NCBI GenBank assembly: GCA_015680685.1
Contig: MNCI01000808.1
Span: forward strand, 344,844-408,843
DNA: 64,000 nucleotides
Direction: 5' to 3'
Origin: Gnetum montanum
Taxonomy: Eukaryota > Plantae > Gnetophyta
The stretch's first letter is position 1, and every line of letters starts with the position of its first letter. Below are positions 1 to 11,591 of this stretch, piece by piece. The position numbers were made by a program, and so were the translations under genes. Below the pieces are notes generated by a model, which made no database searches, was not told the origin of the DNA, and saw nothing but the letters and a program-made list of their open reading frames with translations.

Positions 1-1339
1 GATAAAAGTAAAGTTAGGAATATACTCATCGGGATGAGTATATTCCACCCTATATTGTTGAGGAACTGGTGGATTTAGGTTATGTATTTTGATTGTTGAC
101 TTTTCTTTGTATGGTCCTTAGGTGTTGAATTTCTTTTGTGAGAAGAAGACATTTTTATCGGTGTGCTAATTCACCGTTATATAAATTCTTATTAAATTAA
201 TTAACCCGAAGGTTCATTTAGGCTCCCAACAATGTGAGTGATATCCTTTATGTTCTATTCGACACACAAACACTGAGTCCCCGGCAATGACACCAATGAT
301 GAGCAGCGAGATACCCCTACACTCAAGCATACGAAACAAGCGTAGCACATGTGATCCTGTCGAACTCCACAGACCAAATGCCTACACACCCCATGGAACA
401 CTTAGGGTTAATTATTTGTTTTCTTCCTAGACTTACTTGTAGTTTTCACAGTGTATGATTAAGTAAGTTCGAGGTATATGATTTTTATAGTATTTTATGT
501 TTTATGTCTCCTATGCTAATGAGGTTAAGGGTTGAGAAATTAACTAACTCTAACTAATGAACTAAGTCTAAACTACCTAGCGTCAGCATCCGTTTCCAGT
601 TACCGTACACACCCTAAACTGATGCAACCATGGCTACCAAACGCTAATCGTCATTGGGATCACCACGCGTAATGCATGTGCTCAAAGTGGTCGTACTGAG
701 GCACTTAACTAGGAGGAAAGGGTTGAGGAAGCTAATCTAGCCTGAGTACGATGAGCAGCCTATTCCTTTAGTAACCGTACACATCTTTCTGCATGACTAC
801 CACTAGGATTACCAAGCATAGATCCTGGATACGCCACTGGGTTACCAAGTAGTCACACTAGATGCTCGTAATTAAGTCGTACTCATACCGCGTCGTGATG
901 AGAAACCGATTCCTTGACTAACCTTACACATTCTTAGATGCTCGTAATCAAGTTGTACTCATACCGTGTTACTAGGAAAACAATAAATAACATTAAATGA
1001 AATTATATTCCATGCACTGCAAGGTTTATCCGAAAAGATTGTCTTTATTGCCATACACAACTTGTGTTCAGGTACAATGTTGCTCGAATAAAGATTCGTT
1101 CACTTTGGGACTCCTACTGTGGGCACATGGAAAATATTCTATCTCTAGAGTGATCAAACTGCTAGAGTTTCCCTACCTATAGCCAGGATTGGGAAATAAG
1201 GGAGTGCCGCCTCTTATTTATAGATATGGCGGTGGACCGCAATATCATGTACACGATATCGCAGGGGAAGATGTGATATCGCGTACGCGATATCGCGGGG
1301 GATGCGATATTGAGTCGAACGTGATATCACGTCCCATCA
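1..1339 (-). mobile_element. Athila-like Ty3/gypsy element, 5' end only (5' LTR 297-1339, PBS, start of internal region running off the left edge); inserted into the Tat element that follows
   Basis: LTR has TGATGAG...CCCATCA termini shared with LTRs at 7300, 27747, 28911, 33981 and 63658; adjacent minus-strand PBS; minus-strand TATA (rc of CTTATTTATAG, ~1213-1223). Confidence 0.85.
278..295 (-). promoter_or_regulatory. Primer binding site, tRNA-Asp type
   Basis: Minus strand reads TGGTGTCATTGCCGGGGA, a C>T/G>A-decayed TGGCGCCGTTGCCGGGGA (complement of the plant tRNA-Asp 3' end), 1 nt from the LTR end. Confidence 0.85.
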
Positions 1340-1423
1340 ACAGTGTCTATCCAACCCACCCATGTGTGGCCCACTCCAATCACTGCACCCATCTCTCAGC
1401 CATTACATTAGCAATAGTCTACT

Positions 1424-4297
1424 ATGACATTAAACTGGCAACACCCGTCCGCTACGATGTTAAACTGGAAAACTCCACAACCAACAATTCTACCCTATGC
1501 TATGCAACCAACCCAAGCCCAGCCAATGCAACTAGCTGGCATATTTCCAAGCTTGGATCAGGCATTCCAACTAATAAAAATCTTGACGAAGGAGATCAAC
1601 CAACTTAAGGCTACCTCCTCTAACACCATTAAGGTGGTGGACTTCTACCAAGATGATCCCATAAGTCCTATGGTACCACCTTTAACTCTCCCAATTGGGG
1701 CCCAACTGCCTCAATTTACCAAGTACAACGGTGAAGGGAACCCCAATGTACACTTGATCACATTTCGATCTAAATTCCTACTCCTTCAAGCTTGGCCACA
1801 CACTATCATGCACATGTTCCCCATGTCACTCATTGGCAAGGCCTTGGACTAGTATCGTGCATTACCCAAGGCCTCAATCTCCTCTTTGGAAGATCTCATA
1901 ACCAAGTTTGTGACATGCTTCAGGTACAACCTAAAGCCTAAAGCAACCCTTGACCAACTAATGCAAGTTAAATAGGGGCCTCTAGAGCCTATGCCAAAAT
2001 TCCTCCAATGTTGAAATGATGCATTGAGTGAAATGCATGAACCCCTAGTAGAGGCACATCTATTGGCCATCTTTAAGGATGCGGTAAATGACTTTATTAA
2101 GTCCAAACTATATTATCTAACCCCAAAGTCTCTTAGCCAAGCCTTTGCCCAAACAAAAAGCATAGAGGAAGCATCCCAAGCTAGCAATGATCAAGCCTAT
2201 GTGGCCTATAGAAACCAACATGCTTACAAGCAAAACACAACAGTGATAATAGTAGCCACAAGCACAAAAGCAACCGATCGGGGCCTAATAGCTAAGTAGC
2301 CTAAGGCCCCAACTGGCACCAACTCACCTACATTGACAGGGGCTGCCTCAAGATCCAACTTTCAGTGCAAGGACCACTCAAAGTATAAACCACTACCGGT
2401 GCAACCCTCTGAACTACTAGAGAAACTCTTGAAAGCTGGGAAAATCTAACACAAACACGTATTAGAAATTTCTCACCAAAAACATGATAGGTACTATGAA
2501 CTACTAAAGAACCCTACTTTAGCAATGCCAAATGAGCCCCCAGTTCCACAACTCTTCAAGCTAGACCAATACTATCATTACCACCAATTGGCTGGTCACA
2601 GTACAAAAAACTATCGTGCTTTGTAGGATGACATGCAGAGAATGATAGAACGTGGCCAACTAGCAATCAACATAGTGAGTCAATCCAACAAAGATGATTC
2701 CTCCTATGTCATAAATTCAATTAGCATAGGTGGCAAGCCCAAACCTATGCAACAACCTTTTGTGATCCATGTGCCTCCCAGCAAGGCAAAGGTCCCCTCC
2801 ACCTCCACAAGCAAGAGGCCTCCCTTTATTGTCAAAGTGCCATCTCGAGCACCCACAACATCCTTTGTGGTCAAAGTTCCACAGCAACCGTCTTCTAAGA
2901 TGTTAAACTAGCATGATGCAAGAACAACTCCTAAGCAAGCTTTTGTTATCAAGGTGCCACAATGAGTTGACCACACAACAACTCCACCTAAGCCACCCTT
3001 TATCATAAGGGTACCACAACATGTTGGCCCCTTACCTACCTAAAACCCAACAGTGGGCAACATCTCGATCCCTCCTCCTTCAAGGGTTGACTCCACTAGC
3101 AACCCGGGGAGACCCACCAAATGGCAACGCAAGAGGACAAACAAGCACCTCGCAACCCCCATGGATGAAGCAAAAGCCACAACTAACAAGCAACAACCAA
3201 ACACTGGGGCTCCTACCCCCAAGCAGGCCAAGCAAGCCAGGCTTAATTCCCCTCCACGAGAGATCTATCTCTCAAGCCCAATGGAGGAATTCAAAGCCAA
3301 CACAACATCCAATGACAAGGACTTCGTAGCCACACTAACCCAGGTGAAACAAGCACTCAAGAAAAAGAACACAACATTGAGCTTATAAGACCTGGTCATG
3401 ACTTCATCTGCTCACTACCAAGCATTGGCCAAGATATTGGCCTTCATTCCTATTATGGAGGATGTGACTGCAAATGAGGCATCCATCCATGCAACGATGT
3501 TGCCCCCTACATCACAAGAATTAGGTTCAACAACCTTAGCCTTTCGCGATGATGCAATCAAAGTCAACCCTAAACAAGGGGAGGTTACTATAGCTCCACT
3601 ATCCATTATCATTCATGTTGGACAATGTACCATCCACAGGGTACATGTTGATGATGGTGCAGCAAGAAACGTAGTATTGCACTCCGTCATCGAAAAGCTA
3701 GGCCTAGCAGATGAAATCAGGCCAACCAAAATCATGTGTCTAAAATCATTCAATGGATCATGTGCCATAGTTAGGAGTACAATCAACTTAGCCTTTGTCG
3801 TAGGAGAGAAATTCCCCACTAGTGCAGATTTCACTGTCATAGAAGAGATGCCAGGTTTCAACATGATTCTAGGCAGGCCTTGGCTAGCCCAACTAAGGGC
3901 CATCTCCTCTCCCCTCCACCAAGAAATCCATCTTCCATATGAAGGTGTTCAAGTTATCATCCATGGTGATAACACTTCCTCTTCAACTATCCACAATACA
4001 TACATGGAACAAGTTTTGGAAGAAGAGTTTCTTGGTGGTACACCAATAACAACCAATGCAGCGCCTAATGCTAAAACACCCAAACGAGTGGTTGAAGCCA
4101 ACAGCCTCCCAGAGGATCCTAAGCCTTGCATGCTCCCTAATCCATGCCTGGTTAGGAAGCAACTACATGACCAAGACCTTCCCTTGGCAAAAAATGTGCT
4201 AAATGATTGCCTACCCTTTTCCTCCACTTCCCATGCATTTTTTACTTTCATTTACATCACACTAGATTATGCATTTACATGTTACCTAATTACTTAG
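1424..4297 (+). pseudogene. Retrotransposon gag + aspartic protease, one reading frame with several in-frame stops
   Basis: ORFs at 1424, 2024, 2633, 3053 and 3398 are all in the same frame; gag motif LPQFTKYNGEGNPNVHL...FPMSLIGKALD; decayed Tat-type zinc knuckle (YHYHQLAGHSTKNY); protease RVHVDDGAARN...MILGRPWL. Confidence 0.85.
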
Positions 4298-4595
4298 ATC
4301 AGGAATTTCATTTTTTTCACTTTTTTTTTTACTTTTTTATGCATCCATCCATTTAGCTTACGCGTTACATCTGAAAACATAAAACTACAAAAACTAGCCT
4401 ATGGCTTGAAACGGCCTAAAACTAACACTTTTTGCATTGCATTTCTTTCATTCATACATTTTAACTTTGTTTACAACAAGTGCTGCTTGATGTTGTTTTC
4501 TTTCTAGTTGAATTTTTGCAAGATCTCACAGGTGCACAACATGACTATGCATGCAACATCGCACCTTGCATAAGCAAGGTAAGCACCATTCATCT

Positions 4596-4805
4596 ATGAC
4601 TATAAACTAGCACAGACAGTCTGCTATGACTATAAACTAGCACAGCTAATCCTTGGGTCATGACATTAAACTGGCACAACATCCACTATCTACTACGACA
4701 TTAAACTAGCATCTAATAGTCTGCTAGGATTATAAACTAGCACATCACAATCTGTCAGGACCTTAAACTAGGTTCACAGTCTACCAGGACTTTGAACTGG
4801 CATGT
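4596..4805 (+). repeat. About 7 copies of a ~19-bp motif (ATGACWWTAAACTRGCA) with variable ~11-15-bp linkers
   Basis: Read directly, e.g. tatgactataaactagcacag x2, catgacattaaactggcac, tacgacattaaactagcat, aggactttgaactggcat. Confidence 0.8.
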
Positions 4806-5851
4806 AGTTGATCTGATCCGAAAACTTGCCACTACCTTCAAAGAACTCATAGCATCATCACCTCCTACCATTTTGGTGATTCTTTTGGAGCACTTGCCAT
4901 TAGTGCAACATTCAGAACACTTGCAACATCATCGCCCTAGCACCTTCATTAGTTTCCTGAGCATTTGTAACTAGCACAACATTTGACACTTTCACAGCAT
5001 CTTCACATCCAACACTTGTAGCATCTTCACATCTAGAATTTGCACTTGCATTTCACATTTTGTGGTTTTCTTGTCCTCTCTAAGTTGTGTATGCAAGACG
5101 AAGCCTTGGAGGCGTTCATGCAAAGGTACATGTCATTGCAGCGGCAAGTCACCATATTACTTTGATGTGCATGATGGGACTAGTTGAGCCACTCAAGAGT
5201 GCACATCCGCCTCATTCCTATTACAACCTATGCACATTCATTTCTTCATCCCAATATCCTCTCATACTCCCCGTACTCATGATTTCACACTCCTCTAATG
5301 CATATGCACTGTGACACACATGGCATTCCCTTCGCATCAACTATAGAACCCATGGTTGATGTAGCATAATTCATCCTATGGGGTGCCTCTGTTGCATAGT
5401 CAAAGCCTAGGTGGATGTAACAAAAATCATCCCTAGGAAAAAAAGCCCATCTTTTCAATGGCCAACTTGCAACTAACATCCAGCAATAAGCTGAACCTAA
5501 AGAAGGTTCACCTCACACAAAAGAAAATCAAAAACTCTACAGCTTCGTAATTGGCCCATCCTTGGATCAACTTTGATCCTCCCATGAGTACTCTAATGAA
5601 AGGTCAACATTTCAGGGGCAAGCTACTTCATGCCATGGTCACCATCAAGCATGCTCAATTTGCATCTTACATCATCCACTGTTTGCATCCCCCTAACATA
5701 ACCTTATTCCCATAACACTCTTGAGTAAGATGAAACAACATCTAATCTTGTATTGACAAGTGATGTTGGTTGCATGTCTGCTGTGGTGTTTTGTAATTAT
5801 TTGTTGACGTCTCTTAGGTCACTCCTTTAGACGTCAACAAAGAGGGGCCAT

Positions 5852-6831
5852 TGAAACACCACAAAATTTTGGGTCTCGGTATCACAACTGAAAATATGGC
5901 TAAGTGTTATGTGCTATTACCTTGCTATGCTGTGTAGCATAGCATAGCAACTTGCTACTGCATAGTGTAGCGTAGCAACTTGCTTTTGTGTAGCATAGCC
6001 TAGTAACTTGCTACTGCGTAGCATAGCAACTTAGCGTATCAACTTGTTATGCTACGCTATGTTACATGTTGTTATGTTGCATCCTATTATGTAACACCTA
6101 TTACATTATGCAGCAAATAGCATGGTTCCACCTACCGCACTACCACGTGGCACCAGATCCGCATTTTGGGCTAACCCTAGCCCTATAAAAACCTCTACGT
6201 CCTCTTTAAAAAAATGGGAGAAGAGGAGAAAAAGAAAGGGGAGGCTTCCATTTCTTTACTAGCAAGGCAGTTGGAACTTCCATTTCTTGGCATTTGGCAT
6301 TTTTGCATTTGGGAGCTTGGCTCTGTGGGAGAATGAGACCTAGAGTGCAACACACCAACAGAGAGGCACAACCACATCGCACTATACACTGTGACTACTG
6401 ACCTAGGAATCACAGTTTATCATAGTGAGCACCAGATTTCATAGCCCGATACCACCGAGGCTATGACTCTGCTCTTACTATGCCTATTGTACACTTTGTA
6501 TACCTGTACCCTTTTTCAGGGTGGTGTATCTTTCTATTCAAACTCTCCTTTTGGCTGATCACAGCATTTATTTGGCATTGTTAAGCATTAAATCATGTTC
6601 ATTGTCCCGTTACACACTTTAGCAAGTTTCTACTGTTGTGCACATTATATTTTCTTTTATTGTTTGCAAAAGGGTTATTGTACACCGATTAAGTCCCTAT
6701 CTGATCAACCAGACCGTTTAGGGCACCCCATTTCCATTTTCTCCAACACTGCCCTCACACAGATCTGGGGTTAGGCTGTGCACTAGAAAACCTCTCGGTG
6801 TTTCCAACCATCGACATTTTCTATCATTACA
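5852..6831 (+). repeat. 3' LTR of Tat element A
   Basis: TG...CA ends; preceded by PPT; degenerate TAGCA repeats in U3; CCACGTGG followed by TAACCCTAGCCCTATAAAA TATA region ~6143-6190. Confidence 0.85.
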
Positions 6832-7299
6832 ATAAAGTATATCAATTTAGAGACAAACTTCATCTATAGTGATTCATTCATAAAATCCATATTAAAAAAC
6901 ACTAAAAAAAATGAATAGGAAAAAGCATAAATAATTACATAGAAATAACCAAACAATCTCCAGCAAAATAGTTTCTAATTCACATGAACTTATGATAATA
7001 CCAAGAATACTACATAAACAAATCATAACTCAATTAGAAAACCTTAATTCATACTTTACTCAAGGTATGAATTAAAATAAGAATACTAAAAAAATAGAAC
7101 ACACAATATAGAACATCAATAATGAAAATAAACATTATCCAAAAACATAAAATAAACAAATAAACAAATCATTAAAAAAATATCAGGTCGAAACATGAGG
7201 GATGAAATAGAAAAAAGAAAACAAGAAGATAGTGCTAATGGTAGGCATGATAATAGTGTTGAACTAGAGTATATATAATTTACATATAAGGTAACTAAC
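6832..7299 (+). repeat. Segmental duplication copy 1, block 1 (paralog of ~48173-48612)
   Basis: Colinear match, e.g. ccaagaatactacataaacaaatcataactcaattag present in both copies. Confidence 0.9.
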
Positions 7300-10200
7300 T
7301 GATGAGCAGCAAGGTATCCCTACGCCCAACCATATGAATATGAGAATTCATGCATGATCCGGTCAAACTCCAAGGATTAAGTACTTATGCACCTACACAA
7401 AACAAGAATGGGTTATGGAATCATTGTCTTCCCAAACTTACTTGTAAGGAACAGTTGTATGGTTAAGTAAACTTGAGGTATATGATTTTTATTATTTTGA
7501 TGTTTTAGGTTCTTGGTGCTTAAAATAGAGAAATGAAATAATTGAATAACTAATTTGATTTAACTAATTAACTATTCTCTAACTAGTCCTAACACCAGCA
7601 TCCATTCCCACTCTCCAAACACATCCTAAACTAATGTAACACTACTAGGATTACCAAATGCTAGCCATTACTAGGTTACCAACTATTCTACGTATGCTCG
7701 AAGTGGTCATGCTGAGTGTGCTAACTTGTGATAATTAATAATTCTAGAGAAATAACCTTAATTAAATAATGAGAACATGAAATAACATTAAATGAAATAG
7801 TAAATAACATTAAATGCAATAGTTAATCTATTTTTAATGTTACAAGGTTTATCACAAACTTCATCTTTATTTCTGAACACAAGATGTGCTCAGGTACACA
7901 ATGCTCAAATAAAGATCTGTTCACTTTATGACTTCTACTATGGACACTTGGAAATAATTCTAACTCTAGAAAGGAAAAATTGCAAGAGTTCAACGAAGGA
8001 CTGAAAGAAAAACTCCTCAAGACCAAGTAGACCCACCTCTTATTTATAGCCAATGAGACAAGTTCCGACATCACGTATCCGATGTCACTTGATCGACCTT
8101 GATAGTGGAGATTCGATATTAGGGATCCAATATCGAGACTCATCATACACCCAAGATTGAATCAAAACTTATCCTCAAGTTTCTTACAAAATATTGGGAA
8201 GGTATGAAATTATTGATTGAACAACACTAATGGGGACATGGAATGATAGACTCAAAGTGCTCGGTCAATGGATCAACAAATGCATTACAACATTAGTATT
8301 CATAACCATTGTGGTGAATACTGTACATATATGACATCCAAACCCTCATTTGATAACTTGAAGATGGAGAGAGAGAAAAGAAAATAAGGCATGTTGCTAC
8401 CAATGTCAAAAATGTGCACAACGTCGTCATCTACGACCTCATGACCAAGCTTGTTCCCTACGTAAATGCTCTTGCTCCAATCCATCCTGAGTGTTTCCTT
8501 CTATCCCAATCCATTGTTTATGTGATCACCATATTCACATAAAACATAGTCACGAATTAGCAAGGGTATGTGCTGACCGAAATCATCGGTGCAAGGCTGG
8601 AATGTAACGAACACCGAAAGAGATGCGGACAAGCACAGTTGACCCTGCCTCCGCTTGAGGGCAAGTTGGAAAGGACGAAGGCAGAGTGCCTTGGATGGTC
8701 CGCACGCGGATCAAACAAGGACTTCCCCGAGCACCGCCGAGGTGTTATACGCTGGGTTATGCGTAAACAGGGCGTAAGCAATGAACCAGGCGTGCACAGC
8801 GCAAATATAATGTGCGTAAACAGAATGGGCGTGAATAGCGTGAACAGAAATGAACACAGCGTGAGCGTACGGGCGTGACAGCGTAAACAGTGTGAATGGA
8901 TGTAGGGCGTAAGCAGGAAGACGATGTGAACCGTGGGCGTGTACGAACGGAGACGGAGTGAAGATGCAAGCGGGCGTGAACGAAGGGTGGGCCAAATTGG
9001 CGTAAAACTAAAAAAGAACTCACGACGAGCGTAAACAGTAGTCGTCTTCGGGCACGAACCGAGCGCGGAGCGCGAACGTAAACAGGCGTAAACAAAGCGC
9101 GGGCCAAATTAACGTAAAACTGTAAAAGAACTTGCAGCAAGTGTAAACAATAGATTATGGAATTAAAGTTTTGTGCACCGGTCTAACGCAGTTGCGTGAG
9201 GACACAAGGCGGACGTAAAGCCCCGGTGAACGAAAGGATGCAGCTGACGGACACGGTAGGCGAAGCGCGGACTGTGCTCAACGTGCAGCGTGCAGCATGC
9301 AGGGCTTCCAGCGTAAGCGTAAGCGTATGAGGGTTTCAGCAGCGTAATTGCTCTGGGTCGGCTCTGGTAAATTTCTGTCTCTGCGTAAATGTGGAAAAGT
9401 GGGCTATTTATAGGGGTAGGGTTACTGGGAAAAGCGGACGGGGAGACACGTGGCGTATAGACCGGGCGTTACAATTTAGAAACATGATATACGCCGGGCG
9501 TATACATTACAACAGGCTGGCGTATACGCTGGGCGTGTACGCCGGGCGTGTACGTTGGGCGTGTACGCTGGGCGTATGTTGGGCGTACACGTCGGGCGTA
9601 TACGCGGAAGGATGTCCACTTGCTTCAATCCTTGCTCTCCGGTGTAATCTTCATGTTGCCATTGGAAATGCTGGCGTCGAGCGTGTGCCTCCGCCGTACC
9701 CGGGCGTGTACGCTGAAGAGTTGGGCGTAGACGCTGGGCGTGAACACTGGGCGTAGACGCTGGGCGTGTGTTGGGCTTACACGCTGGGCGTATACGCTAG
9801 GCGTGAACGCTGGGCGTGAACGCTGGGCGTAGACGCTGGCACAACACTTAAAAGATTTTTGTGGTGTTTCATTGGCCCCTCTTTGTTGACGCTTGGAGGA
9901 ATCGACCCGAGAAGTGTCGACAAAGAAGCGCAAAACACCGTAAGCAGCTCAATAAAAGCCTTGTCCCTTGTCACCTGGCCAGACCTCATCGTACCGTATT
10001 CAGTGGTAAAAGGAATTGAAAGGGTGAGATTGGAAACTGGCGAGAAGGAAAGGATCGTGGGGATCGGTCGTTGCCCGAGAGACCATGCTGGGAGAGTAGG
10101 GTGCTCAGGTGTGCAGTATGCCGATCCATGTCGATAGCCGTCTTTCAGCCGACTCGGAACTCAAGCGTGCGATGTGCGTCCTTTGGTGGAACGGTGCTCT

Positions 10201-10804
10201 TGGTGGTTTTTCAAGAGAACCAGTTGGCACTACCAAAGCCACGGGGTGATGTTTTGCATTCTTTGGAGGAACAGCTCCCTTCTTTGGGGAAACCGTTAGC
10301 GGAGAGCCAAAGCCATGCGATAGGATGTTTCTCGATTGCGTTTGACATGAGCATGTTTTTATTTATTTTTTTATTTTTTTTTCTTTTTTTTTTGAAATTT
10401 GTTCTTGTGCTCATGTGCGAATCTTGTGTTCTGTGCGTTGCGACTGCTGTAACGTTTCCCAGCGTGCAATGGTTTGGTAGACTGTGGGTTTTTTGGGGAG
10501 TGGGAATGTGCAGGTTAACGGTTCGATCTAGTCTTGCCAGGTGGACAAATGGGCATTGCCTCATCTTGCTACCTGTGATGAAACGCACCCTCGTACGAGA
10601 ACTTCCGAGCGTCATCCTGCAAACACAACTCCAAAAAGACAGGCAAACCATGAGTGGATTAATGAGTTTAGATTCAAATAGCTGCAAGTGAACAAAAATG
10701 TTAGGGTGATTCTGAGTATGGACTGTGAATGTCGACGACACTGATGAGGGATACAATGATTCTGACGAATGAATATGGCTATGGGATGGGGCGTCGCAGA
10801 TGAA

Positions 10805-11219
10805 TGCGCCAGTTTATAGTCTTAGCGAACTATTGTGGGTTAGTTTTGTGTCGTAACCCGTTGGACATTGCCTGTTTAGCGTCGTGGCAGACGGTATGTT
10901 GCCAGTTTTGAGTCTTAGCTGACTATACAGAGGCTAGCTAGTTTATAGTCTTAGCGGACTCTGAGGAGTCTGACGGTACCATCTTACTGTCACGCCAGAG
11001 AGGTGTTAGTTTAACGTCGTTTGCGGACATTGCGGGGTANTGCCAGAGAGGTGTTAGTTTAACGTCGTTTGCGGACATTGCGGGGTATCCGTTTATTGTC
11101 ATATACCAGGACAGTGATGGTGTCAGTTTTAAGTTGTAACCCAGGACTGTTCTGTGGTATCAGTTTATAGTCATGATTCCAGGACTTTTCTGTGGTATCA
11201 GTTTATAGTCATGATTCCA
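10805..11219 (-). repeat. Dispersed array of the ANGACWWWAAACTRRCA motif in the 3' UTR of element B
   Basis: Plus strand shows repeated agtttatagtcttagc, agttttgagtcttagc, agtttaacgtcgtt, agtttatagtcatga; same core as 4596-4805 in element A. Confidence 0.75.
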
Positions 11220-11591
11220 NNNNNNNNNNNNNNNNNNNNNNNNNNNNNNNNNNNNNNNNNNNNNNNNNNNNNNNNNNNNNNNNNNNNNNNNNNNNNNNNN
11301 NNNNNNNNNNNNNNNNNNNNNNNNNNNNNNNNNNNNNNNNNNNNNNNNNNNNNNNNNNNNNNNNNNNNNNNNNNNNNNNNNNNNNNNNNNNNNNNNNNNN
11401 NNNNNNNNNNNNNNNNNNNNNNNNNNNNNNNNNNNNNNNNNNNNNNNNNNNNNNNNNNNNNNNNNNNNNNNNNNNNNNNNNNNNNNNNNNNNNNNNNNNN
11501 NNNNNNNNNNNNNNNNNNNNNNNNNNNNNNNNNNNNNNNNNNNNNNNNNNNNNNNNNNNNNNNNNNNNNNNNNNNNNNNNNNNNNNNNNNN
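11220..11591. other. Assembly gap (N run) hiding the integrase C-terminus
   Basis: Run of Ns. Confidence 0.99.

Larger units (their letters stand above)
1340..6831 (+). mobile_element. Tat/Ogre-clade gypsy element A, gag-protease only (5' part outside window); 3' LTR 5852-6831
   Basis: gag-PR frame, then only ~1.5 kb of non-coding DNA before PPT AAAGAGGGGCCA and LTR TGAAACACCACAAAA...ATTACA; right flank ATAAAGTAT matches the empty paralogous site at ~48173. Confidence 0.85.

Noticed and set aside
4596-4805. Repeat-spacer pattern resembling a mini CRISPR
   Set aside because: Repeats are degenerate, linkers are only ~11-15 bp and partly related; it is a Tat UTR motif array, kept as a finding in that sense
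8557-10137. Numerous 60-170-aa ORFs in the element B LTRs (also 18326-19823)
   Set aside because: GC-rich repetitive LTR sequence, open in several frames on both strands, with no motifs
10993-11087. Direct repeats flanking single Ns (also 20795-20885)
   Set aside because: Typical scaffolding overlap artefacts
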